Notes: a model not told the origin generated them from the letters alone. A stretch of DNA of 64,000 nucleotides from Clostridia bacterium (GCA_017409765.1 JAFQSA010000044.1:4406-68405); one strand, 5' to 3'; counted from the stretch's first letter, positions 41,984-52,165 are shown. Numbers and translations: made by a program.

Positions 41984-43435
41984 ATGGAAAATATCATCGA
42001 AATCAAAAACGTCAACAAGTCTTATGGCGACAAACCCGTTGTAAAAAACTTGTCTTTGAACATCAAAAAGGGCGAGTTCGTAACGTTGCTTGGCCCATCT
42101 GGTTGTGGCAAAACAACCACTTTGCGCATGATTGCCGGATTTGAGCAACCAACAAGCGGTCACATCTACTTCAACGGCAAGGATATCACCGAACTGCCTC
42201 CACACAAACGCAACCTCAACACCGTTTTCCAAAAGTACGCATTGTTCCCCCACTTGACAGTTTTTGGCAACATTGCATTTGGCTTAAAACTCAAACTCAT
42301 CCCCGATGGCGAACCAAAACCCAACAAAAAGGGCGAATTGGTACAAAAAATGCGCAAGTACACCAAAGCGGAAATTACCGACAAGGTTAACTCTGCTCTC
42401 AAAATGGTAGACCTCGAGGACTACGGCCACCGCCAAGTTAGTTCCCTTTCCGGCGGACAGCAACAACGTGTTGCAATTGCGCGCGCTCTCGTTAACGAGC
42501 CAGAAGTGCTTCTTTTGGACGAGCCCCTTGGCGCATTGGACCTCAAAATGCGCAAGGACATGCAAATTGAACTTATGCAAATGCACAAAAAGTTGGGCAT
42601 CACCTTTGTGTACGTAACCCACGACCAAGAAGAGGCGCTCACCATGTCGGACAAAATCGTGGTAATGAAGGACGGTGTCATCCAACAAATTGGCACCGCG
42701 CAAAAAATCTACGACGAACCAGCAAACGCTTTCGTTGCCGACTTCATTGGCGAGTCCAACATCCTTTCCGGCACGATGGTTGCCGATTGTTGTGTAAACA
42801 TCTCCGGTCACAAGTACGAGTGCGTAGACAAAGGCTTCAAACGCAACGAGCCTGTTGACGTCATCATCCGCCCCGAAGATATCAAAATTGTGGACGTGGA
42901 TGACAAAAACTGCCTAACCGAGGCGGAAGTTTTAACTTGCGTATTCAAGGGCGACCACTACCAAGTAACTGCTCTAACGTTTGGCGACGAACGCAACGAA
43001 ATCATCATCCACGACAACGTGGAAGTAAAAGTTGGCGACAAAATTGGCCTCTACATCAAACCATTTGATTTCCACATCATGCACAAAGCGCGCCTGATTA
43101 ACAAGGTAGAGGGCGAAATGTACGACAAGGGCATCGTAGAGTTTTGCAATGGCCGTTTCGAGTGCGTAAGCGACCTTGACGAAGGCACACCTGTAACGGT
43201 TTCCATCGACTTCGACGACGTGGAACTTACCGACGACGAAGAGGACGGCGTTATTGGCGCAACAATCATCTCCGCAATTTACAAAGGTAGCTACTGGCAA
43301 TACATCGTTCGTACCGAGGACTACTACGACTTCTTTGTAGACAACGACTACGAGTGGTCCATTGGCGACCGCGTTGGTATCAAGATTGCACCAGACAAAC
43401 TCATTTTGGAGGTACGCAATGAAAGCCAAGAGTAA
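41984..43435 (+). CDS. potA: spermidine/putrescine ABC transporter ATPase, long form
   Basis: Motifs [17 protein letters not shown] and LLLDEPL. At 483 aa it has an extended TOBE-like C-terminus. Confidence 0.9.
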   Translation: MENIIEIKNVNKSYGDKPVVKNLSLNIKKGEFVTLLGPSGCGKTTTLRMIAGFEQPTSGHIYFNGKDITELPPHKRNLNTVFQKYALFPHLTVFGNIAFGLKLKLIPDGEPKPNKKGELVQKMRKYTKAEITDKVNSALKMVDLEDYGHRQVSSLSGGQQQRVAIARALVNEPEVLLLDEPLGALDLKMRKDMQIELMQMHKKLGITFVYVTHDQEEALTMSDKIVVMKDGVIQQIGTAQKIYDEPANAFVADFIGESNILSGTMVADCCVNISGHKYECVDKGFKRNEPVDVIIRPEDIKIVDVDDKNCLTEAEVLTCVFKGDHYQVTALTFGDERNEIIIHDNVEVKVGDKIGLYIKPFDFHIMHKARLINKVEGEMYDKGIVEFCNGRFECVSDLDEGTPVTVSIDFDDVELTDDEEDGVIGATIISAIYKGSYWQYIVRTEDYYDFFVDNDYEWSIGDRVGIKIAPDKLILEVRNESQE

Positions 43436-44219
43436 ATTCCGTTTTACCCGCAAAGCATTGGCATACCCCTACATGTTGTTTTTGCTAATCTTTGTTGTGG
43501 TACCATTGGTTATCATCCTTATCAACGCATTTTTGACGGACGATAACTCCTTCACACTCAACAACTTTGTTGAGTTTTTCAGCGATAATGGTGGTGGCTT
43601 GACCGTACTCGGCAACTCACTACTTATTGGTGTTGTAACAACCGTCATCTGCCTTGCAATTGGCTACCCCGTGGCTTATTTCTTGGCAAAATACCACGCA
43701 TCAAACAAGGTGCTTGTATTGTTCTTTATCATGCCAATGTGGGTAAACTTTTTGATGAGAACTTTGTCCACAAAAGCAATCTTTTTGGCACTTGATGTCG
43801 AACTTGGCATGGGTACGGTGCTCTTTGGTATGGTGTACAACTACCTGCCTTACATGATTTTGCCACTTCACACAACACTTGTTTCCATCGACCACAGTTT
43901 TATCGAGGCATCGGAAGACTTGGGTGCGGACAAGTTCACCGTGATGACAAAAACCATCATACCACTTTCCTTGCCAGGCATTATGAGTGGTATCACAATG
44001 ACCTTTATTCCTGCCATTTCCACCTTTGCCATTTCCGAAGTGCTTTCCAGTAGCAAAATCTTTTTGTTCGGCGATGCCATCAACATGCACTTTTCCAAAA
44101 CAACCAACAGTTTTGGCGTGGGTAGTGTGATGAGTTTGGTAATGCTCGTGTTGGTAATTGTTTGCAACGTCATCACAAACATGACAAGTAAAGACGAGGG
44201 GGTAAAAAGCGCGCTATGA
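43419..44219 (+). CDS. potB: spermidine/putrescine ABC transporter permease
   Basis: ATG follows GGAGG and overlaps the potA end. Six TM helices and an EAA loop ([14 protein letters not shown]). Confidence 0.85.
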   Translation: MKAKSKFRFTRKALAYPYMLFLLIFVVVPLVIILINAFLTDDNSFTLNNFVEFFSDNGGGLTVLGNSLLIGVVTTVICLAIGYPVAYFLAKYHASNKVLVLFFIMPMWVNFLMRTLSTKAIFLALDVELGMGTVLFGMVYNYLPYMILPLHTTLVSIDHSFIEASEDLGADKFTVMTKTIIPLSLPGIMSGITMTFIPAISTFAISEVLSSSKIFLFGDAINMHFSKTTNSFGVGSVMSLVMLVLVIVCNVITNMTSKDEGVKSAL

Positions 44220-45034
44220 AAAACAACAAACTCAAAAAGCTCTGCGCCGATGGCTACCTCGGACTTGTGTTGGCATTTTTGTACTTGCCAATCTTGCTAA
44301 TTATCATCTTCAGCTTTTCCGGAACAAGCAACTTCTCCTTCAAGGATGGTTTCACGTTGGACTCCTACAAGGCACTTTTCAGTAGCGACGTTCAAACGCA
44401 AAACCTTTTGGAGGCATTGAAAAACACCTTTATCATTGCAATCATTGCAAGCGTTGTTTCCACAATCTTGGGCGCGTTTTCCACCGTTGGTATCTACTGC
44501 CTTGGCTCTCGCACCAAAAAGTTTGTTCTAACGGTAAACCAACTGCCCATGATCAACAGCGAAATTGTCATGGCTGTATCGTTTATGGTGTTCTTTGCAG
44601 CGTTTTGTTGGTTGTTCCCCCAAGGCATGGTGCGCCTAATCATCATCCACGTTGCATTTTGTACTCCATACGTTGTTCTGTCCATTTTGCCCCGACTTCA
44701 AAAGATGGACCCCAACATGTACGAAGCCGCACTCGACCTTGGCGCAAGCCCACTAAAAGCCATGTTCCAAGTAATGTTCCCATACCTTATGCCCGGTATC
44801 GTTTCCGGATTTAGTATGGCGTTCACACTTTCCTTGGACGACTTTATTCTAACACAATTCAACAAGGGCGACACAGGTATCGAAACCTTGTCCACCTACA
44901 TCTACGAAGATGCCCGCGTAAAAAGTTTGGAGCCATTTTGGTTTGCCGTGTTCAGCATCTTCTTTGTAGTGATTGTAACCTTGCTTTTGGTAACTAACAT
45001 CAAACGCAACGTCAAAAAGGAGGGCAAAGCATGA
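44216..45034 (+). CDS. potC: spermidine/putrescine ABC transporter permease
   Basis: ATGA overlap with potB; EAA loop EAALDLGASPLKAMF. Confidence 0.9.
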   Translation: MKNNKLKKLCADGYLGLVLAFLYLPILLIIIFSFSGTSNFSFKDGFTLDSYKALFSSDVQTQNLLEALKNTFIIAIIASVVSTILGAFSTVGIYCLGSRTKKFVLTVNQLPMINSEIVMAVSFMVFFAAFCWLFPQGMVRLIIIHVAFCTPYVVLSILPRLQKMDPNMYEAALDLGASPLKAMFQVMFPYLMPGIVSGFSMAFTLSLDDFILTQFNKGDTGIETLSTYIYEDARVKSLEPFWFAVFSIFFVVIVTLLLVTNIKRNVKKEGKA

Positions 45035-46611
45035 AAAAACTCTCCATTGCACTTTGCATCTTGATGATTGCCGTGTTCCTATTTACCCTTGTTGGTTGCG
45101 ACCGTCCCCAAGAACCAGATACTTTGGTAGTGTACAACTGGGCGGACTACATCTACGACTACGAAGATGATTTCAAAGCCTACTACAAAGGTATCACCGG
45201 CAAGGATATCGAAATCACCTACGTAACGTTTGATACCAACGAAACAATGCTCACCAAAATTACCAAGGGCGACTCCAACGTTGACGTTGTTTGCCCAAGT
45301 GAGTACGCCATCCAAAAACTCATCGAAATGGACTACCTCATCCCCTTGAACTACTTTGACGAATCCAAGTACACCAAGGGTATGACAACCAAGGGCTACG
45401 TCCACAATGCAAACAATGTAGACAAAAACATCGTAGACAAAATCCAGCAAACCTTTGGCGACATTGGTGGCAAAAACATGCTGGACTACATGGTGCCATA
45501 CATGTACGGCACACTTGGCGTTTTGTACAACAAGTACCAATTTATGGAACTTGGCATCTACGACAAGGACATCATGAACCAAGCCAACTGGGGACTTTTG
45601 TTCAACGACAATGGCAAAGGTCAACTTCTCCACGAAGAACTCACAGGCCAAATCTTGATGAAGGACAGTATCCGCGATACCTACGCCGTAACTTTGTTCT
45701 ACCTTTTGGAAACGGGCAAACTCAACGGCCTTCGCGATGCCGATGGCAACTTGTACACCGATTTGTCTGCAAATCAACTCATCAACAGCGTGGACGACAA
45801 CCTTTTGGAAATCGTCAAGCAAACTTTAACTCAACAAAAACAACAACTTTTCGGCTACGAAGTAGACTTCGGCAAGGACGACCTTCTAAAGGGCAACGCC
45901 ATGGTAGACCTTGCTTGGAGTGGCGATGCGCTCTACGCCGTGGAAGAAAGTTGGAACGACAACCTTGGCGAAGAGGGCGACTACGAACTTTCCTACTACG
46001 TACCACACGGTGCAGGCAACATCTGGTTTGATGGTTGGGTAATCCCCAAAACCTACAACCCCGCCCACGAAGAGGCCATCAAGTTGTTTATCAATTTCCT
46101 GAACAGTCCAACGTCAGCCGCTGCAAACATGATGGAAATTGGCTACTCATCTGCCGTTGCTCCCGACAAAATCTTGGCGGACAACGATGCAAAAAGCATC
46201 CTTGCGGAGGTTTACTGTGTAAATGCCCCCGAGTATTTGGACAAAGCCACATTGGATGCCATCGAGGCGGACAACGGTTTTGACTACGACTGCTGGGAGG
46301 ATTTCGAAGAGGAATTTTTCTTCTACTGTGACGAAATTGACGGCACAAACTGGCGCTACCCATTGGAAAGCGATTTTGCCAATGCCGAAAATCGTGATGT
46401 ATCCACCTTTGGCGTAATGCGCGACTTTGGCGCAAAAAACAAGGACGTTGTAACAATGTGGAACTACGTTCGCTCTGCAGGTGTCAATGCCTTGCCAATG
46501 TTCTTGTGGATGGTGCTTGCCGTTGCAGTTGTGGTTGGCGGTGCGTACTTTGTACACTTCCTTGTGGAACGCGGCCGTTTCAAACAAATTGTCAACAACA
46601 AAAAACAATAG
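45031..46611 (+). CDS. potD: PotD-like polyamine-binding lipoprotein, enlarged, with an extra C-terminal TM helix
   Basis: Lipobox TLVGC and the PotD-like LVVYNWADYI start. 526 aa with an acidic insert. C-terminal ALPMFLWMVLAVAVVVGGAYFVHFLV followed by a basic tail. Confidence 0.85.
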   Translation: MKKLSIALCILMIAVFLFTLVGCDRPQEPDTLVVYNWADYIYDYEDDFKAYYKGITGKDIEITYVTFDTNETMLTKITKGDSNVDVVCPSEYAIQKLIEMDYLIPLNYFDESKYTKGMTTKGYVHNANNVDKNIVDKIQQTFGDIGGKNMLDYMVPYMYGTLGVLYNKYQFMELGIYDKDIMNQANWGLLFNDNGKGQLLHEELTGQILMKDSIRDTYAVTLFYLLETGKLNGLRDADGNLYTDLSANQLINSVDDNLLEIVKQTLTQQKQQLFGYEVDFGKDDLLKGNAMVDLAWSGDALYAVEESWNDNLGEEGDYELSYYVPHGAGNIWFDGWVIPKTYNPAHEEAIKLFINFLNSPTSAAANMMEIGYSSAVAPDKILADNDAKSILAEVYCVNAPEYLDKATLDAIEADNGFDYDCWEDFEEEFFFYCDEIDGTNWRYPLESDFANAENRDVSTFGVMRDFGAKNKDVVTMWNYVRSAGVNALPMFLWMVLAVAVVVGGAYFVHFLVERGRFKQIVNNKKQ

Positions 46612-46621
46612 CATTTTTCAA

Positions 46622-46651
46622 AAACCTTCGCTCAACTGCGGAGGTTTTTTT
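46622..46651 (+). terminator. terminator of the pot operon
   Basis: AACCTTCGC/GCGGAGGTT stem plus a T7 run. Confidence 0.75.
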
Positions 46652-46762
46652 GCATTTCCTTGTTGACAAAGTGGTACAAAAGGGCAATTTGCTCCCATCA
46701 CAACAAAAACAATGCCTTTTTTGATGTGGCATAAATATATAAATATACTAACATTTCATTTT

Positions 46763-46773
46763 TGTGGTAAAAT
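46763..46773 (+). promoter_or_regulatory. extended -10 promoter element upstream of ppdK
   Basis: TGTGGTAAAAT, the same extended -10 form seen at cysS, GH5 and tRNA-Ser. The -35 is weak. Confidence 0.4.
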
Positions 46774-46871
46774 CTCTTGCCAAAAGTGTAAAAATAATGT
46801 AAAATGATACCGTTAGAATGTCCCACTATGGGCGCTAGTAAGATAATAATTTATTCAGGAGGAATAACACA

Positions 46872-49514
46872 GTGGCAACAAAGTATACTTATTTGTTTCG
46901 TGAAGGCGATGCTTCCATGCGTGAACTTCTTGGTGGTAAGGGCGCAAACCTTGCTGAAATGACCAAAATTGGTCTTCCAGTACCTCAAGGCTTCACAATT
47001 TCTACAGAAGCTTGCACAAAGTACTACGAAGATGGTAGACGTATCAACGACGAAATCAAAGCGCAAATCATGGACGCTATCGAAAAGATGGAAGAAATCA
47101 CCGGCAAAAAGTTCGGCGATAAGGAAAATCCACTTCTCGTTTCCGTTCGTTCCGGCGCACGTGCATCCATGCCTGGTATGATGGACACAATTTTGAACCT
47201 CGGTCTTAACGAGGAAGTAGTAGAAGTTCTTTCTGCTAAATCCGGCAACCCACGTTGGGCTTGGGACTGCTACCGCAGATTTATCCAAATGTTCTCCGAC
47301 GTTGTTATGGAAGTTGGTAAAAAATATTTCGAAGAACTCATCGACAAGATGAAGGAAGAAAAGGGCGTTACATCCGACGTAGAACTCACAGCGGACGACC
47401 TCAAGGAACTTGCTAACCAATTCAAAGCAGAGTACAAAGGAAAGTTGGGTACAGATTTCCCATCCGATCCAAAAGTACAACTCTTTGCAGCAGTAGAAGC
47501 AGTATTCCGTTCTTGGGACAACCCACGTGCTAACATCTACCGTATGGACCACGACATCCCATACTCTTGGGGTACAGCAGTAAATGTACAAGCAATGGCA
47601 TTCGGTAACATGGGTGACGATTGCGGTACAGGTGTAGCATTCACACGTAACCCTGCAACAGGCGAAAAGGGCTTGATGGGCGAATTCTTGATGAACGCTC
47701 AAGGCGAAGACGTAGTTGCTGGTGTTCGTACACCAATGCCTATTTCTCAAATGGCAGAAATTTTGCCAGACGTATACACTCAATTCCTTGACGTATGCAA
47801 CATTTTGGAAAATCACTACCGTGATATGCAAGATATGGAATTCACAATCGAAAAGGGCAAACTCTACATGCTCCAAACACGTAACGGTAAGCGTACAGCA
47901 GCCGCTGCTATCAAAATCGCTTGTGACCTTATCGACGAAGGCATGATCACCGAACAAGAAGCACTTCTCCAAATCGACGCTAAATCTTTGGATATGCTCC
48001 TTCACCCAACATTCGACGTTAACGCACTCAAGTCTGCAGACAAAAACAACGTTGTAGGCAAGGGTATCGCTGCTAGCCCAGGCGCAGCTGCTGGTACAAT
48101 CGTATTCACACCAGAAGATGCAGTTGCACTTGGCAAACAAAAGAAAAACGTAATCCTCGTTCGTCTCGAAACATCTCCAGAAGATATCGAAGGTATGAAG
48201 TACTCTCAAGGTATCTTGACAGTTCGTGGTGGTCAAACATCTCACGCTGCAGTAGTTGCACGTGGTATGGGTACATGCTGCGTTTCCGGTTGTGGCGACA
48301 TCAAAATGGACGAAGCAAACAAGTGCTTTACACTTGGTGGCAAAGTATTCCACGAAGGCGACGAACTCTCCTTGGATGGTTCCACAGGTAAGATCTACGA
48401 CATCGCTATCAAGACAGTTCCAGCAGACCCATCCAGCGGTTACTTTGGACGTATCATGCAACTTGCTGACAAGTACAAGCAACTTGGCGTACGCACAAAC
48501 GCAGATACACCTGCTGACGCTCAACGCGCTGCTGAACTTGGCGCACAAGGTATTGGTCTTTGCCGTACAGAACACATGTTCTTTGGCGAAGGTCGTATCG
48601 ACAAGATTCGCGAAATGATCTGTGCAGAAACTGTTGAAGAACGCGAAGCAGCACTTGCTAAGATCGAACCACTTCAACAAGGCGACTTCGAAGGTTTGAT
48701 GGAAGCATTGGAAGGCAAACCAGTTACAATCCGTTTCTTGGATCCACCTCTCCACGAGTTCGTTCCAACTGAACAAAAAGACCTCGAACTTCTTGCTAAC
48801 ACAACAGGCAAGTCCGTTGCAGAAATCAAGCAAATTTGCGATTCTCTCCACGAATTCAACCCAATGATGGGTCACCGTGGTTGCCGTCTTGCTGTAACCT
48901 ACCCAGAAATTGCAGTAATGCAAACAAAGGCTGTTATCAAGGCTGCTTTGGCTGTTCAAGCTCGTCATGCTGATTGGAACATCGTTCCCGAAATCATGAT
49001 CCCACTTGTTGGCGAAATCAAAGAGTTGCAATACGTTAAGTCCGTTGTTGTAAAGACAGCAAACGAAGTTATCTCCGCTGCTGGTTCCGACATGCACTTC
49101 AAAGTAGGTACAATGATCGAAATCCCACGTGCTGCATTGACTGCTGACGAAATCGCTCAAGAAGCAGAATTCTTCAGCTTCGGTACAAACGACCTCACAC
49201 AAATGACTTTCGGCTTCTCTCGTGACGACGCAAGCAAATTCTTGCCAAGCTACTACTCCACAAAGATCTACGAAAGCGATCCATTTGCTCGTTTGGACCA
49301 AAAGGGTGTTGGCAAACTTGTTAAGATGGCTTGTGAACTTGGTCGTTCCACACGTCCTGATATCAAACTTGGTATCTGCGGCGAACACGGTGGTGACCCA
49401 AGCACAATCGAATTCTGCCACAAAGTTGGTCTCACATACGTTTCCTGCTCACCATACCGTGTGCCAATCGCTCGTCTTGCTGCTGCTCAAGCCGCAATCA
49501 AATTCCCTAGATAG
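46872..49514 (+). CDS. ppdK: pyruvate, phosphate dikinase
   Basis: 880 aa, GTG start after AGGAGG. ATP-grasp N-terminus (LGGKGANLAEM), phosphohistidine motif GGQTSHAAVVARGMG and a PEP-utilizer C-terminus (GICGEHGGDP). Confidence 0.95.
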   Translation: MATKYTYLFREGDASMRELLGGKGANLAEMTKIGLPVPQGFTISTEACTKYYEDGRRINDEIKAQIMDAIEKMEEITGKKFGDKENPLLVSVRSGARASMPGMMDTILNLGLNEEVVEVLSAKSGNPRWAWDCYRRFIQMFSDVVMEVGKKYFEELIDKMKEEKGVTSDVELTADDLKELANQFKAEYKGKLGTDFPSDPKVQLFAAVEAVFRSWDNPRANIYRMDHDIPYSWGTAVNVQAMAFGNMGDDCGTGVAFTRNPATGEKGLMGEFLMNAQGEDVVAGVRTPMPISQMAEILPDVYTQFLDVCNILENHYRDMQDMEFTIEKGKLYMLQTRNGKRTAAAAIKIACDLIDEGMITEQEALLQIDAKSLDMLLHPTFDVNALKSADKNNVVGKGIAASPGAAAGTIVFTPEDAVALGKQKKNVILVRLETSPEDIEGMKYSQGILTVRGGQTSHAAVVARGMGTCCVSGCGDIKMDEANKCFTLGGKVFHEGDELSLDGSTGKIYDIAIKTVPADPSSGYFGRIMQLADKYKQLGVRTNADTPADAQRAAELGAQGIGLCRTEHMFFGEGRIDKIREMICAETVEEREAALAKIEPLQQGDFEGLMEALEGKPVTIRFLDPPLHEFVPTEQKDLELLANTTGKSVAEIKQICDSLHEFNPMMGHRGCRLAVTYPEIAVMQTKAVIKAALAVQARHADWNIVPEIMIPLVGEIKELQYVKSVVVKTANEVISAAGSDMHFKVGTMIEIPRAALTADEIAQEAEFFSFGTNDLTQMTFGFSRDDASKFLPSYYSTKIYESDPFARLDQKGVGKLVKMACELGRSTRPDIKLGICGEHGGDPSTIEFCHKVGLTYVSCSPYRVPIARLAAAQAAIKFPR

Positions 49515-49637
49515 TTTTTGGCCAACAGCCAATTCCCAATCAAAATTGTGGAGTTTGTTCGAGTGAGTGCAACGTGCCTACTTAGATAACCTTTGAGTAG
49601 TGCAACTTGCACAAACGTAAAACTAAACAAAATTCAA

Positions 49638-49667
49638 AAGCCCTTGGACTTTTCCAAGGGCTTTTTT
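49638..49667. terminator. terminator of ppdK (usable in both directions)
   Basis: AGCCCTTGGA/TCCAAGGGCT stem plus a T6 run; the other strand is also T-rich. Confidence 0.85.
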
Positions 49668-49700
49668 GTATGCAACAAGACGTGGTTGAACACCATTTTT

Positions 49701-49803
49701 ACACATCACTATCTTCCTAATTATAGAGCAAGATGACTTCCTTTGTTTTGTAATAATGGCATTAGACATTGCTATCCTCCTAATTATAATAGTGCAAGAT
49801 GCC
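49701..49803 (-). repeat. two tandem ~40-nt units, each carrying TATAAT-AGGAGG/AGGAAG-ATG on the minus strand
   Basis: Minus strand: CATCTTGCACTATTATAATTAGGAGGATAGCAATG and CATCTTGCTCTATAATTAGGAAGATAGTGATG. Confidence 0.6.
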
Positions 49804-49838
49804 CAATTTTAATTGACCAAGAACAAACATCCAACACC

Positions 49839-49969
49839 GTAGTGCCTCTGTGCTCGTTCGGATATTGTTAACACCGTAGGGGAGGGGTTGCCCCTCCCGT
49901 GTTATTTACCATCAATTCTAATTTTATCGTAATGCGTGTCATAGTAGGGGAGGATACCATCCTCCCGTT
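49839..49969 (+). repeat. three GTAG-REP units
   Basis: One degenerate unit at 49839-49863, then GTAGGGGAGGGGTTGCCCCTCCCGTG (49876-49901) and GTAGGGGAGGATACCATCCTCCCGTT (49944-49969). Confidence 0.8.
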
Positions 49970-50102
49970 CTTCAAAATCGAAAACAGTTTTGGCCCATTT
50001 CCCCAAAATTGGGTATTTACATTTGCTAATATTGGATGTATAATTATATATAGATATAAAAATGTGCTTTTTCAACACATCTCAACACAAGGGGGAATAA
50101 CA

Positions 50103-51131
50103 ATGAGTCAACAAACAATTTTGCAACCCGGCAAACTCCTAAACGAAAAGGGCGACCTTTGCCAAGCGGGCTACGCAACAAGTCTAATCAAGGAGTACAA
50201 CCGCAAGGATATCAAGGCAAGCGGTTGGCGTATCAAGGAGTGGGACTACTACTACATCGGCAACGACGAACGTGGTGTGGCGCTTACCATTGCGGATAAC
50301 TCCTACATGTCACTTGTTTCTGCAAGTTACTTGGACTTTGTCAACAAAACCTACGTTACCGATTCGGAAATGGGCTTTTTTACCTTTGGCAAACTCAAAT
50401 TGCCACCAACTTCCGCCGAAGGGGACGTTGTTTACAACTCCAAGCGCGTGCAAATGAGTTTTTGCTTTGTGGATGGCAAGCGCGTTTTGAAATGCACCTT
50501 CAACAAATGGGGCAAGCAAAAGCAACTTTTTGAAGTTTATGCCGAACTAACGGATGAGCCACGTGACTCCATGGTTATCGCCACGCCTTTCGACAAGCCC
50601 AAGCATTTCTACTACAACCAAAAAATCAACTGCATGAGCGCCAACTGCACCTTCTCCATCGGTGGCGAAGAGCAAAAGTTCGATGGTCTTGCCGTTTTGG
50701 ACTGGGGACGTGGTGTTTGGACGTACAAAAACACTTGGTACTGGGGCAGTTTGAACACCCTCGTTGACGGCAGAAAAGTGGGATTCAACATCGGCTACGG
50801 CTTTGGCAATACTGATGCCGCAAGCGAAAACATGATTTTTGTAGATGGCATCTGCCACAAGGTTGACCGCCTAACGTTCGATATTCCTGTGGACGACAAG
50901 GGCAAGGACGACTTTTTGTCCCCTTGGAAGATTGTTTCCAACGACGGCAAGATGAACTTGACCTTCGAGCCAATTTTGGACCGCGCAGACGTGATGTCAG
51001 TAGTTGTTTTAGCATCCAATCAACACCAAGTTTTCGGCCGTTTCTTTGGCGATTTGGTGCTTGACGATGGTAGTGTAATCACGTTGACAGGCCAAGTTGG
51101 TTTTGCGGAAAAAGTATTCAACAAGTGGTAA
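50103..51131 (+). CDS. DUF2804 domain protein
   Basis: ATG follows AAGGGGGA. 342 aa with N-terminal GWRIKEWDYYYI, typical of DUF2804. The upstream part of the track ORF runs through REP repeats and was rejected. Confidence 0.85.
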   Translation: MSQQTILQPGKLLNEKGDLCQAGYATSLIKEYNRKDIKASGWRIKEWDYYYIGNDERGVALTIADNSYMSLVSASYLDFVNKTYVTDSEMGFFTFGKLKLPPTSAEGDVVYNSKRVQMSFCFVDGKRVLKCTFNKWGKQKQLFEVYAELTDEPRDSMVIATPFDKPKHFYYNQKINCMSANCTFSIGGEEQKFDGLAVLDWGRGVWTYKNTWYWGSLNTLVDGRKVGFNIGYGFGNTDAASENMIFVDGICHKVDRLTFDIPVDDKGKDDFLSPWKIVSNDGKMNLTFEPILDRADVMSVVVLASNQHQVFGRFFGDLVLDDGSVITLTGQVGFAEKVFNKW

Positions 51132-51215
51132 TTTTCGCATTGCAAACAGGCAAAGATGTTTATTTCAAATTTGTGCTGTTTCCACTTGCATAAACGTTCA
51201 AATATTTCAGCATCT

Positions 51216-51241
51216 AAGGGCAACATTTTGTTGTCCTTTTT
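51216..51241 (+). terminator. terminator of the DUF2804 gene
   Basis: AAGGGCAAC/GTTGTCCTT stem plus a T-run. Confidence 0.6.
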
Positions 51242-51243
51242 CA

Positions 51244-51782
51244 GTAGGGGACGACATCCTTGGCGTCCCGAATTTAACGTGATACTATAAATCGGCTGGT
51301 ATTCACCAACACCGTAGGGGAGGGGTTGCCCCTCCCGCAAAAAACAAAATTCGCCACCACGTGTGCGTTTTTTTGCGTAAATTTCTGCATAATTGCACAC
51401 ATGCACACATGTAAATATGTACACAAATAGCAAAAAGCATAGGAAAGTTTCCTATGCTTTTTTTAACGCACATTTATGTTGAAATTGCTTTCTTCCACTT
51501 GTCAAATCGTAGGGGAGGGGTTGCCCCTCCCGAATGTTCCTATTTGCTGAATTAAACTCATTGTAGGCCCTGTGCAACTTCGCTGTTTGCATATTGCCAC
51601 AAATCAAATCCGCCTGCAATTAGCAAAATATCAACAACGTCGTAGGGCGGTGGCTTGCTACCGCCGATTTGATTGCAGTTAGCTACGTTACAATTTTAAC
51701 AATCCCATGGAGGCTCCCACTTTGGGGGAGCTGGCACGTGAGTGCCTGAGAGGGTGTAGGGGAGGATACCATCCTCCCGCAT
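51244..51782 (+). repeat. cluster of six GTAG-REP units plus one composite repeat
   Basis: REP units at 51244-51273, 51314-51340, 51509-51534, 51563-51592 (degenerate), 51642-51670 and 51756-51782. The composite repeat is at 51712-51754. Confidence 0.8.
51436..51464. terminator. bidirectional terminator-like hairpin inside the repeat-rich spacer
   Basis: AGCATAGGAAA-g-TTTCCTATGCT flanked by an A5 run and a T7 run. Confidence 0.55.
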
Positions 51783-51805
51783 TATGTCAATAACAGGTAT
51801 TTACG

Positions 51806-52165
51806 TCAAAACACCCTTTGTATCACAAGGGCAACAACAGCGCCCACCGCCGCAAAAATCACCCGCCACAATGCCGAACTTACCAATTCGCGTTTGCGTT
51901 GCACAAGTTCCCGTTCAAATGCCTTTCCCTTTTGTTTTAGCGCAATCACGTTAACCGTTGCGCCATCCTTTTGCGACTTGGTACACTCAAAGTACCCATC
52001 GTATTCCAACTGCTTAAGTATCACATCCAACTTTACGTTGTCCAATTTGTGCTTTTCCGGCACGCTTTGCAACACAAAATTGTTTGCCACAATGCACGTT
52101 CCGTTGTTCTTTTTGCAGGCATCAAAAACCACCTTCATCACGGAAACTTCCCTTTGATTTAGCAT
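51806..52165 (-). CDS. small winged-helix-like protein with a C-terminal TM anchor (paralog B)
   Basis: 119 aa. The soluble N-terminal ~90 aa resembles a wHTH domain, with C-terminal ALWRVIFAAVGAVVALVIQRVF. Paralogous to the adjacent gene. Confidence 0.65.
   Translation of the reverse strand: MLNQREVSVMKVVFDACKKNNGTCIVANNFVLQSVPEKHKLDNVKLDVILKQLEYDGYFECTKSQKDGATVNVIALKQKGKAFERELVQRKRELVSSALWRVIFAAVGAVVALVIQRVF

Noticed and set aside
46851-49421. 856-aa minus-strand ORF antisense to ppdK.
   Set aside because: Same codon-bias artefact. The sense strand encodes an unmistakable pyruvate phosphate dikinase.
49899-50102. N-terminal extension of the DUF2804 ORF.
   Set aside because: The extension is translated REP hairpins and AT-rich promoter DNA. 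A strong SD precedes the ATG at 50103.
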